Shown here one piece after another: positions 1-9,107 of a DNA stretch of 64,000 nt. The notes beneath the pieces were generated by a model. That model did not search any database, was not told the origin of the DNA, and saw only the letters and a list, made by a program, of their open reading frames with translations. Position 1 is the stretch's first letter. Every line of letters starts with the position of its first letter. The DNA is from Entomortierella parvispora E1425 (taxonomy: Eukaryota > Fungi > Mortierellomycota). Location of the stretch: contig BQFW01000007.1 in the NCBI GenBank assembly GCA_020891255.1, positions 558,001 through 622,000 of the forward strand. Direction: 5' to 3'. A program made the translations under genes and the position numbers.

Positions 1-1867
1 ATCGTGTTCCTGCCGAGTAATGATCTCTCCCGTGTTCTCGTCTTCAACAAGATCGTCAAATGCAGAGTAATCCGTCATCTGATCCGGGTTGATGGTTTCG
101 AAAGAGTTTTCGTTGTCGGAAAGAACATCGGGCCAATCTGGACTATGGCCAGCCTGGATTAACCGAAGTCGTGCTGCTTCATGGTCCTTATTATCAATAT
201 CATTAATGACACCGAGTCCAGTGGTGGCACCTGGGTTGCTTTCAGCATTTCGCCTACTAGATTGTTCATTATCCAGCTGTGCAAATTTGGCCATGACCTT
301 CTCAATAGACTCGTCCTCGTCCATGTATGCCTCGGGATGATCTATAATGGAGTCCACACGAGGTATTGCTGGTGCTGGAAGAGGAGGGGTCTCGACTTTA
401 GTCGTCAGTCTTGGCGATAGTGTTGCCTTGAGGGGGGTATATAATGGTACCGCCTCCAAGTTGGGGATCTTCACCTCCTCAAATTCCACGCCGTCCTCGT
501 CGTCACTCTCCCACTGATCCTCGTCGCCATCCTGTAGGTCTACCTGCTCCTTTTTGGGCTTGATATCTTCATCGGGATCCAGATTAACAGGCCGCTCAGC
601 TGTTACGCCCTCTGTTGGCTTTCTCCCGCCCAAGACCCATCCGCCTTCCTCATTCTTGACCAAGAGGTATTGTCGATTTCTTTGGGATGCAATCCTGCCG
701 GGCTTGGCTGTTGTTTCATCGCCAATCTTGCTAACGGCCTGATTGACCGAGAGAAGCTTGTGTGTGACAGTGTTCCGTCGGATCACTCCTTCGACCTGTA
801 GCTTTGAAAAGTCCATCGGGGTCTCGGACAACCGAACCATTTCCTGCACACGCTCATACGAGGTGACTCTGGATCGCAAACGGATATCGTGCAAAATTTC
901 ATATTGAAGTTCAGATGGTAGGGCCTTGAAGACATCCGAGTCAATGTTGGCAACGCCGCCTTCCCGTTTGAAATCGTTCAAGAATGTGTTGACATCATCA
1001 TCGTCCTGTTGGTTGAATCCGAACCGTTCATCGTAGCTCCGAATCTTGGCCAAGGTCTCGAAATCAGTATCCATAGGGGGTAGCACATAGTTGTCCTTGA
1101 TGCGTTTAGCGTTGCTTCCTGTCGTAGCTCCGGTTCCAGTGGCTGTGACTTCGGGGGCTGTCGAGGTCACAGCATTGACAATATCATCCAGATAGTTTGG
1201 GTCCTCGATCGAGTCATGTACAACTTCCACACCTGAGCTTCCTGAAGACTGGGCTTTCTTTTCCTCGGCCTTTTTCTTTCTGTAAGATCATTATAAGAAC
1301 ACGGTTTCAATGAGTTTTTGTTGAAAAGGAATCAGATGTGAAAAGATGAAAAAGAATAAGAAAACAAAATTATATGGGAAAAAAAAGTGGTTTACCTTGC
1401 AGCTTTACGCTGCTCGAGAGCATGAAGACGGAGCTGAGCTGCTAGCAGCTTCTCGGCGGTTCGCTTGACCTGGTTGACATCGTGGTGCTTGCGTCGCTGG
1501 CGCTCTTGCTATAAACAATGGCCCATTTCGAACAAATTAATCGTTGATTTTTAGATTACCGATGCTCCGCATAAAAACAGGGAAAACAATCTCCAAAAGT
1601 TACAATTGTCTTTCGCTTCAAGGCCGGAGTGCCGCCATCGTAGATAAAGATGGGTTTGATGTTGTAAAAGAGCAGCTTGCAGATGCGTCTGAAGAATCCA
1701 ATCAAGTGGGCGTTGCCGATAGCTTGACCTTCCTGATCACGCATTCCACGCAGGAACTGATGGAGCCAGATACTGGCATCGATCGCCAGCTGCTTGTTGG
1801 CGAGTGTTTCTAGCTTGATGGGTCGAGCGACCGGGTGCAAGAGCTCCCAGAGACCCTTCACACCCAT
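1..1867 (-). CDS. RAD2: XPG/Rad2 nucleotide-excision-repair endonuclease, 5' part; runs off the window start. Exons 1867-1604, 1508-~1396, 1279-<1
   Basis: N-terminus [10 protein letters not shown]...[12 protein letters not shown]...[17 protein letters not shown] is the XPG N-domain. Donors GTAACT and GTAAAC and acceptors TAG/CAG join the frames. Exon 3 contains a UBM-like [18 protein letters not shown] and the Rad2-typical FSKLQV and [17 protein letters not shown]. Confidence 0.93.
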
Positions 1868-2339
1868 GGCGGCGGTGTTGGGCTTGGCGTGGCGTGGGGG
1901 CTGATATTATTAACAAAGAAGAAGGAAGGGCCGGGGAGTGTCAGGTAACCGACAGTGGCGGAGTCGTCCAAATATAACAAAAAGGGGGGTGCGGTGTGGT
2001 GTGCCACAAAGCAAGAGTAGGTTGTTGTTAATGTAGGCGATGGCTGCAGAATGGAGAGAGCGCAGGGGCACAAGAGATGATGCAGGAAGGAGAGAGGGGG
2101 CAGAAAGCCCGAGTCAGGGAGATAAGAAGAAGGAAGGAGGGAAGAGAGGGGAGTGACAGAAGAAGACAACACAACACAGAAAGAGGAGAAGGAACGAAGG
2201 GAATGTCTGCGGTGTCAATGGGCATCAACTGAGAATGAGGGCGGGTCAAGTGAGTGAATGACCGCAGTGGGAGGGAGGGAGAGAGAGAGAGAGACACGCG
2301 TGGAGAGGATGGTGGCGGTGGCTTGTGCGCAGCACCGAA

Positions 2340-2343
<4 letters not shown>

Positions 2344-2371
<28 letters not shown>

Positions 2372-2470
2372 CCTGGGTTGGCCCTGGCTGACGGTGACGG
2401 ACTGGCTGCAGGTTGCAGGGTTTGACTTGTTTGCATGCACAACACAGGACAGGACAGGACAGGACAGGAC
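2344..2470 (+). repeat. Poly-T tract (28 nt, 2344-2371) and (ACAGG)5 pentamer microsatellite (2444-2470) in the RAD2/AIRIM-like divergent promoter
   Basis: Read directly from the sequence. Confidence 0.9.
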
Positions 2471-2508
2471 TCATCATAGGAACTCGCTTACCTTACAACG
2501 ACAGAACA

Positions 2509-3219
2509 ATGGACCCAATCGCAACCCTACAGCAGCTCGATGACGAGTGCACTGCATGGTCCAATCAGCACGCGCATTCTTGCAACTTGCTCGCCTCTCT
2601 TCTCAACATTACTCGCCAGCGAGAGCAAACATTAGCCCAATGGCAGACACAGACCACGAAGCAGGAAAGGGCATCCTCTGCCTCCTCTTCCTCCTCCGTT
2701 TCGTCTCTATTGGCTCCCTCTTCCCTCCAACTTTTGATCCACAAGCAGTCGCTCGAAATTGAATCAGTTCTCCAACAACTCTACGAGACGATCCAAGTTT
2801 TCCAAAGAGTGGTCCAGGCCATGATCACGCTCGAACGCCAGACAGAAGCCAGCATTCAGCGGATAGCAGTCCCTACTTTATCCAGGACCAGCTCTGCTTC
2901 TTCCTCACCCGCCCTTCCTACTCCAGAGCGCCCTCCACAACCAGTCGCTTACTCTTCGCTCATCGATACGGCCGAGATTTCACCGCTGGAGGTCCTGGAC
3001 TGGGTAGCAAGGATACGCGCCATGTACGCACAAGAGCTTTACGTCAAGCAATCCCAAATACACCCCTCCATGACCGGACTAGATCGGTTCGAGACCCTGG
3101 CTGAACTCCAACGGAATTGGGGGCTTCAAAAACGACTCGACTTTGGTCTGGAACAAGAAATCGTGGAGCGGATCAAAGTCTATCGTCGCGTACGAGAGTT
3201 TTCCACACGGACAGCTTGA
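2509..3219 (+). CDS. Intronless 236-aa helical protein, probable C1orf109/AIRIM-like (AFG2-interacting ribosome maturation factor)
   Basis: Clean ORF from the first in-frame ATG (MDPIATLQQ). Blocks WSNQHAHSCNLLASLLNI, LLIHKQSLEIESVLQQL, LEVLDWVARIRAMY and LAELQRNW resemble, in order, the human C1orf109 blocks as I recall them (WQSALRDCQPLLSSLSNL, RRKQLVAGDIVLDKL, MLEWLQDIERHY, IQALPKAW). Family call is from memory. Confidence 0.62.
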   Translation: MDPIATLQQLDDECTAWSNQHAHSCNLLASLLNITRQREQTLAQWQTQTTKQERASSASSSSSVSSLLAPSSLQLLIHKQSLEIESVLQQLYETIQVFQRVVQAMITLERQTEASIQRIAVPTLSRTSSASSSPALPTPERPPQPVAYSSLIDTAEISPLEVLDWVARIRAMYAQELYVKQSQIHPSMTGLDRFETLAELQRNWGLQKRLDFGLEQEIVERIKVYRRVREFSTRTA

Positions 3220-3743
3220 GCAGGACACCATCAAAATCAAAAAAAAGCAGAAAAAAGGCAAAAACAAAAAACAAATAAAATAAATTCTAGATGATTTCGC
3301 AAAGGCTGGCTCCTTTGTGCTATTGCTTTGGATTTCATACTCGATCTCTGGCCAAATAGGCCAAATTACTGAGTGAATTACAGAAGGATCTCTTGGGAGC
3401 GATAAAGAACGCTGGTATTATTCGGGATCATTTCGAGGAAACGCTTTGTTTTTCTTTTGCCAACGGTGTCAAAGTTGACATCATGTATCATATCAGATGT
3501 CCGAGTCAAGAGTATGGTTTTATTAGGCCGAAAAGTCAGAAGGCATTCTGTACTATGGCCATACTAAATATAAAATAATGGCATTGAAAGATCGTATCGA
3601 TATATATATGTGTGTGTGTGTGTTGCGAAATAAAAAGTAAAAACAAAGTAAAAAAAAACAAACATCAATTGGTCATTTAGATAACAAAGATAAAAAAAAA
3701 GCTCCCCAGTAGGGTGGGCATAACGACTGACACCTGCGGGCCA

Positions 3744-6700
3744 TTAGAACCACTCGTCGTTGAACAAGCGCAAGTACATCATCTTGGCGCCTTGTGTAAT
3801 CAGCAAGTAGCACGCCAAGGCACCGGCCAAGTATCCATAAAAGATGGCAGGCAACTCGACCATGGTGAGCAGCTGCTGGAAAGCAGGAATGTAAGGCAAG
3901 GCGAGGACAATGGCCGAGATCAAGAGCGAGCCAAAGATCACAGGGCGGGAGGCCATGGACTGCACAAAGGCGACCTTGGGGGTACGGATAACATAGATGA
4001 CCAGCAATTGCGAGAGTGCGCCCTCCGTGAACCAGGCAGTCTGGAACAGGGTCACATCTGGGTTGTCGGCAGTCTTGATGTTGAAGTAGTACCACATGAA
4101 CAAGAAGGTGGTAATATCAAAGATCGAGGACCAAGGACCCATGAACACCATGAATCGCATGATCGACTTGATGGACCAACGATGAGGCACCTTCAAGAAT
4201 TCAGGGTCCATATGATCCCAGGGGATCGTGGTCTGGGAGAGATCGTAGAGCAGGTTCTGGGTGAGGATATGGATCGGCTGCATGGGCAGGAAAGGCAACC
4301 AGGAGGAAGCGACAAGCATCGAGAAGACATTTCCAAAGTTGGAGGAGATGGCCATCATGATGTACTTCATCGTGTTTCCATACGTAGTTCGGCCCAAGAC
4401 CACAGATTCAGCAATCACCATCAAGGACTTCTCGAGAAGAATCACATCGGCAGACTCCTTGGCAATATCGGTCGCAGTGTCAACAGAGATACCAACATCA
4501 GCTTCAGCCAAGGCTGGAGCATCGTTAATGCCATCTCCAAGGAAACCCACGACGTGGTCCTTTCGCTTCAAGGATCGGATCACGAGCGACTTTTGCAAGG
4601 GTGTAAGCTTGGCAAAGATGGTGGCTCCTTGGGCCAGCTCGGCAATCTGCTCGTCATCAAGACCAATCAGATCCTCGGTCGAGACAATGGACTTTACAGG
4701 GAGATTGATCTCCTGGCACACCTTGCGGCAAACAGCGGCCGAGTCACCGGTGAGGACTTTGATCTCAACGCCGAGGGACATGAGCTCCTTGATGGCTGGG
4801 CCAGTGGACTCCTTTGGAGGGTCCAAGAATCCAATAAGACCGGCAAAGACCATGTCGCTCTCATCTTGGAGACCATAGTTGTCCTTGACCTTGTCCAAAG
4901 TCTTGTAAGCGACAGCAACAACACGGAGACCGTCCACATTGAGGCCCTTGTTCATCTCCACCAGCTGCTCAATCATCTCGGACGTGAGGGTTTGGATCTG
5001 GTCCTCAACGGGTCGGTCCAAGAGATCGAGGGCGGTGGTGTTCTCGGAGGCCGCCGACATTTGAATGTCGGAGCTCGACTGAATAGCGCTGCCACGGGGA
5101 ATGACAATCTTGGTGCAGATTCTCAGCATCTCCTCGACAGCACCCTTGGACACCATCATGGCTTGGTTATCAGACAGGTCTCTCAAGACAACAGACATAC
5201 GGCGGCGGACAAAGTCAAAGGGGATCTCATCCAACTTGAGGTATCGGGCAGCAAAGGTAACAGCAGCAGGGGTCAGTCCCGAGCCCATGGGAGGGGCATC
5301 CTCACCAAGGGACTCATACATGGGAAGGGCCGAGGCCGTCTTCTCAAAGTACTCGACCACAGCGACATCGAGCAAGTTCTTGAGTCCGGTTTGGAAGCGC
5401 GAGTTCAAGAAGGCCAATTGAAGCGAATGAATCGAGGCCTTGCCATGGAAATCCAAATGACGAACCAAGACGACCTTGTTGTCTGTCAGAGTACCAGTCT
5501 TGTCCGTGCAAAGGACATCCATCGAACCCAGGTTGATGATCGCATCCAAGTTCTTGACAATGCAACGCTTCTTGGACATCAGGTAGGCACCGCGAGCCAA
5601 GTTCGAGTTCACAATCATGGGCAACATCTCAGGGGTCAATCCGACCGCGACCGAAAGGGCAAAGAGGGCGGCGTCCTTCCAGGATTGGTGGACAAAACCG
5701 TTGATCAACAAGACAGGGGGCACCATGATGGCCATCAAGATGAAGAAGACCCAAGAGATGTTGCGGACGCCCATCTGGAAAGCATTCTCGGGCTTGCGCT
5801 TGGACAACTCCTGCGCCATGGAGCCAAAGAACGTCTCTGCACCAATCTTCTCGACCAGAACAGTAGCCGTACCAGAGACAACAGAGGTACCCATGTAACA
5901 GCGGTCAGGCCGTCCAAGATCAATGTCAGCATTGTTGGCATCCCCAGACTCGGGATCGAATCGACGGATACCGAAGCAGGCATAGAGACTTCGCATCATG
6001 GAGAGCTTGAACGCCGCCATGCCAGTGGGCTCGGTGTAAGTAGACGAGAGGCGTTGCTTGGAAGATGTGAGACCAGCACCATAGGCTGCGGCATCAGCAT
6101 CCTCACGAATATCCTTTTCAATGGCGATCGTAGAAGCGTTCTTGGGGACAGCCTGACGCGCCATGTCCTCGTACGAGTTCTGTTGTTCTTGGTTCTCGGT
6201 CCAGGCCGCCATGGCTTCAGAGCTGGCACTGAACTTCTCCACAGGCATGGCCTCTCCCGTGAGGGCCGCCTGGGACACAAACAGATCCTTGGACTCGATC
6301 ACTTGCACATCCGCAGGGATCAGGTCTCCAGCCGACAGCTGGACCCAATCGCCCGGGACGACATCCTCGATAGGGATATCCACTCTGACCGTAGCATGGT
6401 TCATGATCCGGATCACATCCTCGGGGGTCGGGTCTCGGCTTTCGGGGCAGGCATACAACCGAGTGACCGTGATCAAGGTGGACACCATGGACTTCAAGGA
6501 CTTGGCCGCCGCGGCCGACTTCCATTCTTGCCAAAATCTCAAAACCGTCGAGATGAGAATCATCACAAACATCACACTCGCACCCTTCTCGTCGCCCGTC
6601 GCGATCGTCGCCACGGCCAGGAGGAAGAGAAGGATGTTGAAGGGATGGACGAGAGCATGGTAAAGGACCTTGTACCAGACTTGCTCGTTTCCGAACGAGA

Positions 6701-6902
6701 TGATGTTCCTGCCATGGATCGCCTTTTGTCGCTCCACCTGCTCCTCGTTCAGGGGCAAGAGGCCCGCAAACTCGGACGTAGCAGGAAGAGAGGAGGTGAT
6801 CGAGGACAAGGAGGTAACAGTGTCATAAACAACACCATGGTGGGCCCGAAGGGCTTCGATGGTCTTGTGGGTGTTCATGGCTGGACCGTTGCTGGGAGCC
6901 AT
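3744..6902 (-). CDS. mgtA: Mg2+-transporting P-type ATPase (P3B, MgtA/MgtB-like), intronless, 1052 aa
   Basis: P-type motifs TGEA, DKTGT (phosphorylated Asp), KGA, TGD and GDGINDAPAL, plus the MgtA-specific GLTPEMLPMIV, EIPFDFVRRRMSVV, SSNFGNVFS and QNLLYDLSQ. Confidence 0.95.
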   Translation of the reverse strand: MAPSNGPAMNTHKTIEALRAHHGVVYDTVTSLSSITSSLPATSEFAGLLPLNEEQVERQKAIHGRNIISFGNEQVWYKVLYHALVHPFNILLFLLAVATIATGDEKGASVMFVMILISTVLRFWQEWKSAAAAKSLKSMVSTLITVTRLYACPESRDPTPEDVIRIMNHATVRVDIPIEDVVPGDWVQLSAGDLIPADVQVIESKDLFVSQAALTGEAMPVEKFSASSEAMAAWTENQEQQNSYEDMARQAVPKNASTIAIEKDIREDADAAAYGAGLTSSKQRLSSTYTEPTGMAAFKLSMMRSLYACFGIRRFDPESGDANNADIDLGRPDRCYMGTSVVSGTATVLVEKIGAETFFGSMAQELSKRKPENAFQMGVRNISWVFFILMAIMVPPVLLINGFVHQSWKDAALFALSVAVGLTPEMLPMIVNSNLARGAYLMSKKRCIVKNLDAIINLGSMDVLCTDKTGTLTDNKVVLVRHLDFHGKASIHSLQLAFLNSRFQTGLKNLLDVAVVEYFEKTASALPMYESLGEDAPPMGSGLTPAAVTFAARYLKLDEIPFDFVRRRMSVVLRDLSDNQAMMVSKGAVEEMLRICTKIVIPRGSAIQSSSDIQMSAASENTTALDLLDRPVEDQIQTLTSEMIEQLVEMNKGLNVDGLRVVAVAYKTLDKVKDNYGLQDESDMVFAGLIGFLDPPKESTGPAIKELMSLGVEIKVLTGDSAAVCRKVCQEINLPVKSIVSTEDLIGLDDEQIAELAQGATIFAKLTPLQKSLVIRSLKRKDHVVGFLGDGINDAPALAEADVGISVDTATDIAKESADVILLEKSLMVIAESVVLGRTTYGNTMKYIMMAISSNFGNVFSMLVASSWLPFLPMQPIHILTQNLLYDLSQTTIPWDHMDPEFLKVPHRWSIKSIMRFMVFMGPWSSIFDITTFLFMWYYFNIKTADNPDVTLFQTAWFTEGALSQLLVIYVIRTPKVAFVQSMASRPVIFGSLLISAIVLALPYIPAFQQLLTMVELPAIFYGYLAGALACYLLITQGAKMMYLRLFNDEWF

Positions 6903-6956
6903 TTCGTTTTTTCAGGGTACAATTTTGGATAGAGGCAATTGGAAGTAGGATGAAGT

Positions 6957-7466
6957 CTGAGGGCTTCTTAGGGTGGCTTGTGCGAGGACTGAAGGAAGGT
7001 GAGGCGAGGGCGAGGGAGAGGGCGAAAAGGTGAAGAGAGAAGGACAACGGTGTCAATGGCAAAGTTCTGTCATGGTGGTGGACCGATGATCGTTGTTTGT
7101 CAGTTGCATCTTCTTACCTGGATCACACAGACGAGTTGCTCGCTGTTACGGGAGAGGTTGAAGGTCGCCAGTGCTATAGTTGTCGAAAGAAAGTTAACTT
7201 GAGAGTCAGGGACGCGTATTCATTGCTTAAATCGATGTGCACAGACAGGGCGGGCAGGGGCGACAATGATTATTTCCACTCACCAATTGACGAGAAGGGG
7301 GAAAGGGGGCAAGTCGACGCCAATTCTTGGATACGAGTTGGGGTTAAGTCGGGTGGATGGAGGTAAAGAAGGTGAGTCGGTGGGTGGGTAAGGGAAGGGA
7401 GGGTCGGCGGGTATCCGGGTGGATGGGAGAATGAAAAGCAGGGGAGATGCACCTTGGCCTTTTATA
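6957..7466 (-). promoter_or_regulatory. Putative mgtA promoter and leader: TATAAAA at 7466-7460 and two candidate 5'UTR introns (7283-7174, 7117-6957)
   Basis: Minus-strand G|GTGAGT...GTTAAC...TATAG| and CAG|GTAAGA...CTCAG| match splice consensus. I saw no ATG in the leader exons. Confidence 0.42.
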
Positions 7467-9107
7467 CAACTCGACTGTTGACTGTGCCACCTATTTTTTT
7501 TTTTTTTTTTTATATGATATGAATGGGCAGGGGATAGGGTACGGGCTGCAGCATTCGGCGCGAACGAGTAAGATGCATGTACAGAAATGGAAACAAATGC
7601 CGCAAGGGCGCTGTCCAGCTGGACCAGAGGATTGTGAGCTGCACCAGTGGGACCGGGCGCAACTTTCTGGATTTCTTTTTTTTTCTTCTCTTTTCTTCAT
7701 CTCCGACCTAGTCAAAAAAAAAACCGGACTCTGGTCCACGGCGGAACAACGAGGTGAGCCTTTTTTTTTTGACAGCTGAGAACGAAAACAATGAGCAAAC
7801 AAATGCCTCAATCCTTGGCTCCTCGGTGTTGTCGAGTCGTCGTGCCCAACGGCCCCCCTCCTTCTCGGCGTCCTTACCTCTCATTTGTCACCAATCCATC
7901 GATTTTACCAAACGACCGACTTCACTCCGACGAATGAACGAAATTGAACTCTGCTCTTCTTGGCTCACGAACGGACCAGGGCCACATGGAGATCGCTTTT
8001 TTTTTATTTGTTTTTTTTTTTGTTTGGGAACGTTGCACAAGTCCAGGCACGACAATGCTCCTTCTCTCATCGAGTCGAATCGAGTCGGCATGCCCGTCAA
8101 AAGAGAAAATTCTGTCCCATCTTCTCCTTCTCTTTGTCTGTCCCGCCCCTTCTTTGGCCTAGTCGACTCTCTTGACATGTCTAGATATGGCCCGCAGTCA
8201 ACCACCGAAAGTTTAAAATCCCCCCTTTCACCCCTGCCTTCTCATCCTCACAAAGGATATAAAAAAAAATAAAATAAACAAAAGACGCTCTCCGCTCCCC
8301 AAACCAATCTGTGGTAATTGGATTGTTTTTTGCTTGACGCCCAGACTTTCAATGTCCTTTGTGTGGTGCAACCTGAACGGCAACGTCGACCGAAAAACTA
8401 GTTTTAGGCTTAGGTACTGCAAATTACTGCTCCCAAGTGCTCCTGTCCTGCATTCGCGGCGACCCCGGGCCCTCATTAAAAAAAAAAATCTTTACCCACG
8501 CGCCTCAAGTAAAAAAAAAAAAATGAATACTGAAAGGTCCTTTACCTGGTGTTCCCGTGTCGAAAAAAGAGACAAAGACGAGGATAACGGGATTCTCGCT
8601 GCAGGTACATGCACGTGTTGGAGAGATATTGGAGTGCGCCCATCTTGGCAAGTTTTTTTTTTTGGATCCCTTTTTTTTTTTTTTTTTTTGAACTGTTTAT
8701 TAAAGAACCATTGGGGGGTTTTTTTTGAAGTGAATGAAACACAAACTGCTAAAGATTATATTCTGTGTAAAGGCAAAGGCCGAGAGGGCTGAAAGACTTT
8801 GGTTCCTCAAAGGCAAGAGGAAAAAAACAATAAAAGAGGGGCGAGGAGGGAACTGAGAGAGAGAGAATGTGGTTGCTCTGCAATACAATCCACAATCCGC
8901 ATCTTTTGGTCCGCTCCAAACTCTTAAAAGAAAATCCTGCTTGACGAAAAACGACTCTGCAATGACGCCTCCCGAAATAGACCATCTCCTGACCGCTGCC
9001 TGATTCTTGTTATCTTTTCCATCCTCTAGTCCCTTTGATAAGCCTCCCTCCTTCCTTCCTTCCAATCCTCCCACCCTTGCATATATGTCGAGTCGGCGCC
9101 TTTTTTT

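Noticed and set aside
3714-6932. 1072-aa plus-strand ORF as a real protein
   Set aside because: It is in codon register antisense to mgtA and has no recognisable motifs. It is explained by avoidance of TTA/CTA/TCA in the sense gene.
6903-7450. Bacterial mgtA riboswitch or Pro-rich mgtL leader peptide
   Set aside because: No uORF or recognisable riboswitch; the leader is a pyrimidine-rich eukaryotic UTR.
7447-9100. Short ORFs in the mgtA-TOM1 intergenic region
   Set aside because: Dominated by poly-A/T-derived Lys/Phe runs with no coding signature.
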